In this document: piece by piece, positions 1 to 11,600 of the stretch | How positions within the stretch are numbered: position 1 is the first letter of the stretch | Layout: the number at the start of each line of letters is the position of its first letter | NCBI GenBank assembly: GCA_030141605.1 | Contig: JAQGDQ010000030.1 | Span: 975,171 to 1,039,170 of the forward strand | Direction of reading: 5' to 3' | Origin: Tubiluchus corallicola | Lineage: Eukaryota; Animalia; Priapulida | DNA length: 64,000 bases | Notes under the pieces: generated by a model | The model's database searches: none | Seen by the model: only the letters and a program-made list of their open reading frames with translations | Told to the model about the DNA's origin: nothing | Position numbers and translations under genes: made by a program

Positions 1-94
1 TACGGCTATTACGGAAAGGTTTGACATTTCTCATGAACAAGTTGCAAAGCAATACATTTAAATAGTACAGCAAAGCAACACGAAAATAGGCTAC

Positions 95-410
95 GTAAGG
101 TAAAGTATAATAAGGTAACATGAGGTAAGGTGAGGTAAAGTGAGATGAGGTGAAGTGAAGTGAGGTGAGGTGAGACGAAATGAGGTGAGATGAGGCTGGA
201 GGATGTGAAATGTGGTGAAGTAATATATACTTTAAGTTAATATGAGGTAAAGTAAAATAAGGTAAGGTAAGGTAAGGTAAGGTAAGGTAAGGTAAGGTAA
301 GGTAAGGTTTACAAGGTAAAGTAAAATAAGGTAAGGTAAGGTAAGGTAAAGCAACGCAAAGTATGGTAAAATAAGATAACGTAAAATAACCTAAGATGAA
401 GCAATGTAAT
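95..410. repeat. Pentanucleotide microsatellite (GTAAG/GTGAG)n, pure (AGGTA)n core at about 258-307, fading into degenerate RACAT pentamers up to about 830
   Basis: Directly visible runs such as aggtaaggtaaggtaagg and gtgaggtgaggtgag; lies in the intron upstream of the exon at 884. Confidence 0.9.
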
Positions 411-883
411 GTGTCGCAAAACAGCCATATTATGCTTACAGCGGTATCATTATGTAGCATTGCTTATCATTTCAGTACAGTCGTTATACATAACGTACAC
501 AACATGGCAGACATGGCATGATGTAATATGACACGAAATTGACATGAGATAACATGATGTTGAGAAGTCGAACATAACACGATTTGACCTTACATGACGT
601 AGTAATTGTAAATATCAAACAGAGAAAAATTGAAAATCACAGACATTTGATATACCGAACATTATGTAATATATCCAAATACGGTGTGATGTAAGATAGC
701 GAAAAGCAACAGAATGGAACTTAACGTAAGCAAGCATAATGTAAAGCACAACAAAACACCATGACATAACATACCCCGACACTTGCATAAGATAATATAT
801 TGTAACGTACCATAAATCAATAATGTCATGTTTAAATAAATCATAATTCTAATTTTTCTTTTTCTCACTTATTCTTATTTTAG

Positions 884-1060
884 AACGATATGGAACAGCA
901 CTTTTGTATGAAAATTATAGATGATGGTGTAGAAGAGACAGAGGGTGAAGACTGGCCTGAAGGCGTCTATTGCATCTTTAAAGCACAGGATAGAAACTGT
1001 CCACCAGGTTTCGAAGAACCTGGTTATATAAAAATTGACGATCATGGCAAAAATAATCAG
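884..1060 (+). CDS. Apextrin-like exon
   Basis: NDMEQHFCMKIIDDGVEETEGEDWPEGVYCIFKAQDRNCPPGFEEPGYIKIDDHGKNNQ; acceptor ttttag, donor gtttaa. Confidence 0.87.
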
Positions 1061-2329
1061 GTTTAAATGTTAATGTTTTCAAGATTCTAAACTAACACAC
1101 AAGACAGGATTATGTTTAAACACGAGTTGTTAAAAGCAGCAATACGTTTATTCTGAAGCACCGAGTTTCAGTACATGTAATATACAGTAATTCTCTATTA
1201 TAGCACTTAATTACTATTTCTTGGCAAGTTTTTTAAATACAATTTTTTAAGAAGAGAATATACTACTTATGCTTCCTCAAGAACTAGTTTGATTTCTAAA
1301 GCATTCAATATTGTAAATTTAATTTCTCCATTGTTTACGCGATTCATATGTACATCGCCTGTTTCAACTGCATCCATACCAGTCTTCTTTTAATACCAGG
1401 TTTGGGGTGATGTTCCTGATGGCGTATATACAGATGACACTTTGTTACGTTACTGCTGCAGAGACGACGGCTTCACATCAAATCCAATAAAGCTTCCAAA
1501 AGATACAAATTTCTTTCTTTTCCGCCATGCTGAGGTTTGTCAAGAGGTAAACAGTAAACAATAAACAACAAACAGAAGCACAGATTATCTAACCTGCTAG
1601 GTTTTTTATTGAGCCGCTTCCGGATGGGGAGGTTCTGTTAACACATACGTGCGCAATGTTTTGAAGTTTCTTTAAAAAACACTCGCAAGACAGAAAATAT
1701 ATTGCCACAATGAATAGTTGCTAATTCTCCTACATATGCCAACCAAGACACAAAGAAGACTAGAAGAAATTTTAGGAATAAGGTACACTGTGCAAATGAA
1801 CAACTTTTTGAGAACAAGTCAGTACGTAGGATTGACGTTTTTTACTAATATAATATTTGCTCCTATCTCATAAGTCATAAGTGCTGTGAAAGGCAAGAGA
1901 TCACAACACTTTTTCTTAGCTGAGACATGATTAATTTAATAAAGTTTTAGCTATTCGCTCATTTAGTTCAAATCATTAGGTCGCCTAGTAAGTTTAGAAT
2001 GCCCTTCAACGTTTTCGTATTAATTAGGGTCATTGCTGGAACTTAAAATGCTAGTTTTTCGATGTATTCAACTGCCTATAATACCCGAGTTAGCTGAATA
2101 TAGACGCATATAAATCACAGTGACAGCACACAAAAACAACATGAACAGGTATTTTAACGAACCATATTTTTGATAGGTGGATGGAATGAGCGTCATGGAT
2201 CAATGGTTCTATTGGGACTGCACTGACTGGTTTCCCAACAATGAAGCCGGATTTTCATGGACTATTCCCAAATGTGAAGTCGGAAGAAATGTGAAAATAC
2301 ACTACTGCTACTACTGGAATCTTCTTTGA
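884..2329 (+). CDS. Apextrin-like protein with C-terminal ApeC domain, 3' part only; join(884..1060,1400..1546,2177..2329)
   Basis: Three AG/GT-bounded phase-0 exons give an open frame with ApeC motifs WPEGVYCI, CPPGF, GDVPDGVY, YCCRDDG, PIKLP, CQEVDGM and HYCYY before TGA at 2327-2329; upstream exons lie outside the window. Confidence 0.88.
1400..1546 (+). CDS. Apextrin-like exon
   Basis: VWGDVPDGVYTDDTLLRYCCRDDGFTSNPIKLPKDTNFFLFRHAEVCQE; acceptor taccag, donor gtaaac. Confidence 0.88.
2177..2329 (+). CDS. Apextrin-like terminal coding exon
   Basis: VDGMSVMDQWFYWDCTDWFPNNEAGFSWTIPKCEVGRNVKIHYCYYWNLL then stop; acceptor tgatag. Confidence 0.87.
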   Translation: MDGMSVMDQWFYWDCTDWFPNNEAGFSWTIPKCEVGRNVKIHYCYYWNLL

Positions 2330-2902
2330 TTACGTCACTTGATTTTTATTTTGTTAACACTAAATGCTGCGAAATAACGGCACAAAAAATTGTAACGGCG
2401 ATTATATTTAGCAATGTCTTGTTTGCTGTTTATAGGCCTAATTTTTTACTGATTCATGTATTCTACACAAGTAACGAATTTAATATATGATTCGAAAAAA
2501 TTCAGGTACATCATTATGCTTTTGAAGATGGAAGAAATGTGAAAATGCACTACTGCTACTACTGGAATCTTCTTTGATTACGTCACTCGATTTTTATTTT
2601 TTGTTACCACTGAATGCTGTGAAATAATGGCACAAAAATTGGAACGCTAATGAAGATTAAATTTTGCCACGAATTTGTTTGCAGTTTATAGGCCTAATTC
2701 ATTGATTCCTGAACGTTACACAGGTAGTTAGTTTCAAAGATGTTTACAATTCCCCCCCACAATTTAAATGCCCTAACCCTAAACGGCTTCACGAACTACT
2801 TTCTTGTGTGTGTGTGTGTGTGTGTGGGGGGGGTGATTGTAAACTTCAGCAATTAAAATAATAAATGATTAGAAAAATGCAGGTACATCATTATGCTTTT
2901 GA
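2275..2902 (+). repeat. Tandem duplication of about 248 bp covering the apextrin last codons, stop and 3' UTR (copy 1 2275-2522, copy 2 2523-2902 with an insertion)
   Basis: ggaagaaatgtgaaaatRcactactgctactactggaatcttctttgattacgtcact occurs at 2282 and 2530; both copies end in caggtacatcattatgcttttga. Confidence 0.9.
2727..2847. mobile_element. Short non-autonomous element with subterminal inverted repeats, a telomere-like cctaaccctaa core and (TG)n; Helentron/HINE-like or MITE
   Basis: gtttacaattcccccccac (2742) pairs with gtggggggggtgattgtaaac (ends 2844); absent from copy 1 of the duplication; a related copy lies at 16898-17023. Confidence 0.65.
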
Positions 2903-3689
2903 CAATTTTAACGGTTTTGACAATTTTCAAATTCGGCACTAACGTCACTTACTCACTATTTACTCATACGGCTATTACTTCTCCTGCATTCCATGCTCAA
3001 TATAGATGGTCGACACTATACGGCAATGCATATTTAAAGTACATTGTATAGTTTAAGGGTGTCTTCAACCACAAGCTACAAAATTACAAAATGAACAGTA
3101 TAGTAAGGAATTTTACTAGCAATTGATAAAACGATTTTGAAAAATGCATGATTGGACCAAAAACTTCAAATTTATAGTGCTTTTAAAAAGTTATAAAAGC
3201 GGAATAGGCTCAAAAATTAAAGCTGTGAAATGCGAAGTGCGCCAGAAGCTGTGATATAGTTATACCCTTAATAAACAACCATGCAACATTCTTGAAGAAA
3301 TATTGAAAGCTATCGATCATTACCCCGGTTCAGCATTACAAAACATGCAATAAGCCGACAAGTACAGATTGATACCACGGTTAATTTAGAATTACAGAAC
3401 GCTATGGATAGTACTTGAGGGCAATATAATTATTATTATAGTAGTTGTATGACAAGTAGACGGTATATCCCAGGCAATATATTTTGCAAATATTAAGACA
3501 ATAATAATGAAAATGTGGACTTGTCACGATATTGTGCCAATATTTTTTCTCCATAGTGCTACAATGTTTTTCCAACATTATAATATCAAACAGTACACCT
3601 ATTATAATAGCATAATTTTATCTAGGCCACATTAAGCTTCTGCAACTGGCATCTACCTCTTGTGCCATGCCTAGTTACCTGTCAAGTTC

Positions 3690-3990
3690 GGCTACTATAA
3701 GGTGGCGACATTAGTTTAACGAAAACTGCTATGGCAAAACCACAGAACTGTAGAAAAATTGTTTACGAACATAGTTTATTTTACCAATTAGTTGTGCCAG
3801 ATCGATTACATTTTAGTGTGCGTTAACAGTTAACATCTGCTTACTTAGTGTTGCTGGCGGCGTGCGTAGCCGACGAGCTTCGCCGTGTCTAATATCGCTA
3901 AGATCTGCCATGTTGGCGTCAAAATGGAAACGTGCGTGAAATATTAAAGTGGTAGATCTAATGCCAATGGTACTTTGTTCGGTGAGCACA
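3690..3990 (+). promoter_or_regulatory. Probable POMT2 promoter and first non-coding exon
   Basis: Locally CpG-rich stretch (3855-3940) with YY1-like motifs (aaggtggcg, gccatgtt, aaaatgg) and a donor-like cg|gtgagc at 3982; inferred. Confidence 0.4.
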
Positions 3991-5510
3991 CGAAAAGTAA
4001 AAAAGTTTTTATAATACCTTTGTAGTTTGGAATACTGATAAATATTTTGGACTTAACGTTAACGACTGCAACTGTGCGTAATCAGATTCATTTTATTTTC
4101 CCTTTTGTACATACCACACCTATACTTTTTACTAGTTATTACTAAATAAATTAAAAAATACAATTCAGGGGAAGGGTGGCGAAAAACTAAATAGTTATTT
4201 AAATCAGCCACCCTTATAGGCTGCCCACTGCTATAGCTTAGGTGGCCGCTTTCCACGAGCCTTTACGACCTGCTGTTAGATACCTAAAATATTTACATTA
4301 ATTTTTTTTCATTTTTGCAAATATCTGTGAAAAGGTACTAGACTATTATTGTTACATGTAATGATGTATTACCATAGTTAGTGAATTCAGCTTTGTCATA
4401 ATAATTTTTTTTGGAAACATTTCAGTGGCATTCGACACTATTGGTGCCTATCTGGACCTAATCATCTTTTACTTATTGAGTAATCGGCCTGATAAATGCT
4501 TAACAAGAAGAAGCATAAAGCATGGGTTTCAGTAAATAGTTCAACAATTTTTCCTTGTTACAGTTATTCCATCAGCACGTCTTAAAGGGTTGCTGGTTTT
4601 TTAGTCTAGTTCTTAAAATGTCATGTTTTGTATGTATCCAGTTTGCTACCTATTTGGCTGCCTGATGGCACCGTATGTTTCTGTTAGCTATGTATTATGG
4701 CATCTTATAGTTAGTGGTATCGGTAGAAAATGTATACCATGATGCTTAGTTAGAGACAGGTAGCATCACCCAACAGCCAATACTTTACATGACAAAAGTA
4801 ACTGGATTTTTTTAGCCATTTTTGTAATGCTTAATTAGATCAGAATTATTATTTGCAGGATTGACGTGAAGGATACAAAGTGTGACTAATTCTTAAATTT
4901 GATGCACTTAATGAGGCTATAAGGAAAAAGATGGTAAACTAATTGCTGACATCCATGTTATAATACTATTCACTGGGACATTTTTACAGCAATAAATCAT
5001 AGGCACATATTATATTTATAGTCTACTATAACCAGTACAGAAGATTTCTCATAAAGTGCAAACTTAGTAAACAGAATTATGTAATCAAAGTCTCACCAAA
5101 AATTTGTTATTAAAGAGAAAGATGAGGTAAGTAAATAAGTAAGAAAAAGGTGTTAAGTTATCATTAAACTGAAGCGTTGCAAAACGAGCAGTCATAAAGG
5201 GATTCTTCTCCACACTGGACTGCAGATATATATTCACTGGTCAATGTGGTTTAATATAGTCAGTATTTAGTTGCCACACATGCATTCAAATGCTACACAT
5301 CTTTTAAGAAAATCTGCTAACCTTCTTTCTTATTTGTTTCGTTCTGCTGTAGGATGCTGAAGAAAATTGCATATTGATGCTTTTAGAGAGAAGTTCAATG
5401 CGAATGAACTGATAAACGGAGCTGTTTGTTCCTGTTAGACGAATGAAGAAGTTTGATGCTTTCAGGCTTATTGGTTACAGAAGTTGCAGTTTTTTATCCT
5501 TTGTTTAGCT

Positions 5511-5656
5511 ATGGCTAAATGCCCTGCTTTTCAAACAACCATTAAACATTTGTGTAAATATAATGTTGGACTGCTTTGGTGGCTGGCAGTTTTCTGCACT
5601 TCTGTTATCAGTTTTTTATCTCGTCTGTATAATATACATCGGCCAAATCATGTTTG
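5511..5656 (+). CDS. POMT2: POMT2 coding exon 1
   Basis: [48 protein letters not shown](C); donor gtaagt; the start ATG is less certain than the 3' boundary. Confidence 0.82.
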
Positions 5657-8600
5657 GTAAGTCACATGATCTACTAGCTACTTCATTTTGCTGAGCAATT
5701 ATATAGGTATTTCTCCTTTTTAATTAGGATGATTTTAGTTATTACGCTGCGAGTTCTTAAATTATAGATAATTTTAAGGGATTGAGTTCATATTATACTC
5801 GGCAGTTATAAGTGTGTTAATTGGCTCAAATTATTTCTTTTTATATATAAGATTTGCAAAGTAGAAAAAGAGGAAGATGTTTGTTCTTTGTAACTAGTGT
5901 GAATAATCAAATTGATATTTAGTAACCAACTTATTTTTTTACATTTAATTTTGATTCATTGAATTTTAACACATTTATCCTAAGCTATTATTCAAGCAAA
6001 CGATGGTGTAGGAGAACGATGTGTGGCAAACGCTCCGATGAACTTTTAAATTCTGTCACTTTTTCAGCTGGGATGAAACTCACTTTGGCAAGTTTGCTAA
6101 TTGGTACATCAACAGAACATTCTTCTTTGATGTACATCCACCTCTTGGGAAGATGCTAATTGGAATGGTCGGAGCTGTGAATAGCTATAATGGCACCTTC
6201 CCTTTTGAGCATCCTGGAGATGAATTTGTTAATGTGCCTTACATTGAAATGAGATTAGTGAGTTCACTTCCTTGTTTAATTGTTGCAGCATATATTTAAT
6301 TGTTAATTGAGCTTTTACTGAATTACATTTTCTATTTTTTTTATTTCGTTTACCAGATGTGATCTATGGCCATTTGCAACAACTTTTTCTTATTATACTT
6401 TTCATATTTATCTGTTATTTAAAGATTAGCTAATCTATGAATAACTGAATGTAGGCTCTTAGTCTTAAATTAAATCTACTTTTCTTGAAATTATTTACCC
6501 ATATTGACAAAGTGAGTAGTTTTTAAGTTTGACAATGCCACAAATGAGTTGAAACACGATCGAAAAAATTACTCAATTATCCTAACCTTACATTGCCTTC
6601 CAATTGCTGTTCTTGTCTTTTCTGGCACTTTGTATTGTGTTAGATTTTCAGCCTTGCTACGTTCTCACAGTGCCACAGTTCCTAAGAAATCTAATCATGA
6701 CTTAGTTCATGTTTATGAGTGTGACACATTTCATCTTTCTTTTTTATACGAAGTTATAGCTTTACTAGATTTTTGTACACCACTTTGCTGTGTTGGCTGT
6801 GTGACTGACGGTGTTACTTTCAATTTGCTTATGGCCAGTTTGCATTGAATAGTTTAATGTTGCGGCAGTTGTGATTAGTCTTTGAAAATCTTATAGTAAA
6901 GTGTTTTTTCTTCCGTGGTAAATTCATCAAAGAGCTGCTATTTTTCATGGTTTTAAGAACAAACTTTTGTTGCAGTTAGTTATCATTTATGCTAAATCAA
7001 GCTCACTAAACAAATTAATGGCTTGTTCACTTAAGTTTCATTTAGCTCCTCAAATGTTACTCTCTACATTTGTACTTATGGAAAAAGTTTTGGCAAAGTA
7101 GTTAAATTTACAATGAATTTGTTATTTTTCTTTTTATGCATGAAATGCATCAGTAGCTACAGGTACTTTTCCTTGTTTGGGCAAGTAATTGCACTTATTT
7201 AAATACTACTGTAAAGAAAATGTTGATGCTACATGTATGTTACCTTATACTTTTTACTGACTGAGTGTATTGTATAACAAATGTAAAGCTGAGTATGTAA
7301 CGTTATGTAGTCTCGAGTAATTGTTTAAACTGTAATTTACATGTATATATCAGCTGGTGCAGCTCAACGGCAGCATGCTCACTTCCCATCCAGAAGATCG
7401 AGGGTTCCATTTCCCGATCGAGGCATACCAAACACTTAAAATGGTACCACTGGTTCTTCAACAAAGCACGGGTGTTTATCGAAGTAACATGCGGGTAATA
7501 ATAATCAGACACGCCTTGGAAATTAGTATTGAATTACTTAAAGTGTTATCCCAGGACTACGTCCTAAAGGAAATTATTTTTATTATTCAGTAAACTTTGT
7601 TTTTTGCTGTGATTTACGTTTTCAAATAAAGCAGTTAGAGTTCTGCCGTTGTTGCTAGAGTCATTCTGCTCAGATGCAGTCTTGTTTCAGATGTGCTGCA
7701 TTCTTGGTTCCTTCCTGCCAATATTTGCATTTCTCTCAGTATGGGAACTAACTCTTTCACTACAGGCTGCCATTATATCATCCATTTTATTTCTGACAGG
7801 TAGACACTATTCTATATGTTTTTCTTTGACCATTCATAACTCTTTTTTCAAGATTTTTCGACAAATTAAGTTACCCCGTTCAAATTTTTCTAATACCCAT
7901 TTATTGATTTTGTAGTTTTGAAAATAAATGAAATTTTAATGTATGTTTTTATGGAAACTTTTTATACATTACATTATAACTTTTTAATTCTGTGCAATGT
8001 TTGCACTTGTATCTATTTGTATCTATTTTTTGACTTATTTGTCACAAATAGTAGCATATGTTTTACATTATACCTGATTTCTGGAAAATGTAATGTAATA
8101 TTTTCAGATTTGTTTGTTTCCGAGTGAAATTTTTTAACTATCACACTTTGGCACAATACGATATATTATGTATAAACAATCTTAGCAGTGCTAAAATAGA
8201 GAGGACAAGTGGCAAGAAATGTTTTGTAGAAAGAGGAGGAAATTAGATTTTGTTAGATTTTGTCTGACCAAATATAACATACATTAAGTGCAAACTAGTG
8301 AAGGTGCACATTGTTATGTAGGCAAAGTTTGACAGTAAGCCATAATTAATAATTTAATTCTACGTGCAGCATTGTCAAATCAAGACTTGTTTACCTAATA
8401 GAAACCAGCATAATTTCAACATATGGCAACATTTATTTCAGACACTGCTAATCTCACTATATCAAGGTTTATTTTACTGGATCCGATTCTCTTGTTCTTT
8501 ATCATGCTGACTGTCATCTGTTGGCTGAAGTTTTTGTCACACAAGAGCAGGTAAGCTTTTTTAGTTATTGAAAACTGAGTAAGTACATTGTTTTTAATTG

Positions 8601-11600
8601 TTGTCTGTTACTTTCTGCTATTTGCACATTAATGATTTTTGTTTTCTGACCTTTCAGCATTTGTCGGCCAGCAAAAATATGTGTATATCCAAACTTGCGT
8701 TGTTCTATTTTCCCAGTTTTTTACATTACTGCCGTTCCTGTCGTTTGATAAAAAGCAACACACCTAAACTATTTTTTATTTATTGAAGATTCAAGATTTA
8801 AGATTGTTTATTTTGCTTGAACACAAATACAACTGGTTCATTAAAAAATGCAGAAATTTCAATAATGCAATGTTAATGAGAAGCGAAATACTCAATAAGA
8901 AGCACATTAATTAAATACCTAGTGAAGTGAAATAATTATAAGTGTATAAATTTTTTAATGATTAACTGACAATTAAAGAGTGCAGGACATTCATGCACTG
9001 ATACTTATGTTCATTCATCCATTTGTTTGATCACTCACTTATTATTGTTTGTTTATCAGTTTATGTCGCAATTTTTTGCTCATTAAGGTAAGCAACATTT
9101 TGAAAGCTTTTTATGTTATGTATTATGCAAAAATTGAAAATTATGAACTTGCTCAACTAAGAGTGTTGACTATTGTTTCAGGCCATTCAGTGGGTCATGG
9201 TGGTTCTTTCTCTCCACGACAGGTGTGGCTTTGGCTTGCTCATTGGGGTAAGTTAAAATACAGAAGTGATTTATAGTTTTTGCTCATTGTTAGCTGCCTC
9301 AGTTCATTTCATTTCTGACTTTGTGGAATGTTCGTAACTGCAGCCTTAACAACTATGTTTCACCTTTCTGAGAGTGCCAGGCTGGTTAGTAAATAAGTAA
9401 GCATGCCTCACTTGAATTATCGGCAAAATTTAAGACAACTCTGCCACAGTGTCATTCTGGGTATGTACAGTCCTGATTGTTGTTGGCAAAGTTGTCTGCA
9501 AGAAACCTGAAGGCTTTTCTGTCTGACTGAGCATCAATGCATTCTCCAAATGTGAAAGAAATGTGTGTTACTAAATTGTTAATTAAGTAAGTCTTCTGCC
9601 ATCTGAGCAAGTGTTTTGCTCTGTTGGAGCTGGTGATATTTGTCATGTTGCCTATGTAATTGTACATTGACAACTTTATAACACGGAAGCATTCTGTCTT
9701 TTGGATGGAAATAACTGAAAATTTTTATAAAAGTCTAATAGTCAAATAATTAAACAAAATTTGTCTAATTTCATAAAGCTGTTCAAAAAACAATAAGACT
9801 AGTGCAAACATAGTAAAAATTCAGAATTTTGTATTTTGACATCCTGTTTAATTACAAAAGATTCTGAAATTGCCGGAATTGTTGGAGTTAGAGGATTGTG
9901 AAGCTATTTAGCTATTTTTTGCTTAATATGAAATAAATTTTTTTACTATTAACTGCATTTACTTACAAAACAAGGTACGCAACCTGGTTGGCAAAAAGTA
10001 GTGATTTTGCAAGTCATTATCTTGGATTATACATTTTTCTTTATACAGGGTGAAATTTGTAGGCTTATTTGTTGTCCTCCATATTGGTTTAAGTACAGCG
10101 TGGGACCTTTGGAACATTCTTGGTGACCTAAACAACTCCATGGTAAGTGTTTATATTTAATTAGCTATTAGTGCCATTTCATTTGCTTTTACACTTTTTT
10201 AAAAAAGTGACTTATCATGTTTAGGAAACTAACAGATGTAACTGCTCCTGCTTGTAAGTTATTTTAGGACAGACTTTCAAATTTCTGTAGAATACTAATT
10301 TTATGTTAAGTGCTTATCAAGAGATTTAAACATTATTATAAAGTGAAAGAAAGTGAAGAAAAAAGCACTAAACTCGCTGTTGTGTAAACAGTGAAAGAAA
10401 TTACAAAAACTGTATGATTTTGTAGTTCAAACCTCGCAACTGAGTTCCAAGACACCAATAGACAGTACCTAATTTGATTGCCTCAATTATTCAGCTTCTA
10501 ACAGTAGTCCCTGTTACATTCTTTTTGAGGTGTGTTTTTTAGTGATATTCATTAATTGAGATTGAATTTAAACTGTGCATTATTTTAAAAAGCAAGAGAT
10601 TTATTTTAATTTATTTTGCAGGTTAGGGCATTACAACATTTCTTCGCCAGGGTTCTCTGTCTAATTTGTCTTCCAATAGTTGTGTACCTGAGCATATTTG
10701 TTGTACACTTTCTGGTATTAAATAGAAGGTACTGTATAAACAGACCACTTCTGATTAATTTTAATACAAAATTGGTCAGTTTCTTGAAATATCAACACAC
10801 ATGTGGTCGATAAGTTGTCATACAATTATTAAAACATTTTTAATTAGTTTTAATATTATAACTTATTCAAATTCTGACAACTATAAATTACTAATGCATA
10901 ATTTGAGCAAGTCAAATTAGTGTAGCAAAATTGTTCAAAGTGTTAATAGTGTCCTTTTGCAAACTGTTTATGATTGCTAAGTGTCATTTATTGCATATTT
11001 TTGCAAAACACTGCTTAACATTTTCGGTAAAGTAAGACACGGTACATGAATTTTTAAAAGTATCTTTATCATTTTTTTTATTTAAAATTGCACCCTTGCA
11101 GGCTTTGATTCAAAATAACACCCACTGTTTTTTTGTACTTTGATCTATTGTCAGTCTGAGTGATCATTTTTCTGGGCTAAAGGTCTAAATAACCTGAACA
11201 GACATTGAAGTTTTTTAGTGCATTACTATGATTACACAAAGAATTCGTGGTTATTTTTACACAAAATGAAGTTATAAACTAAATAACTTGCCATTTTCTA
11301 GCGAATTTCGAACGTGTGCATTGCTGTAAAGATCGCCATGCTTCGCGTCTTTGGTGCGAGTTAGCGAGAATGGCATACGTAATGCATAAAGTATCGTTTT
11401 TTACTGATGTTTGTTTACTGATCTTTAGTGACCTCTTGACTGCACTCATTACGTCATTCTTCTCACGCAATGAAAAATGGCGGTACTTCAAATTTAATAT
11501 TTCTAACAATGAAGTGATGAAAAATCAAAAGAAACAAGTTTTACATTAAACTTATAATAAAATAAATTGAATATTCATAATGAGAATAGGATTTTAGGTT

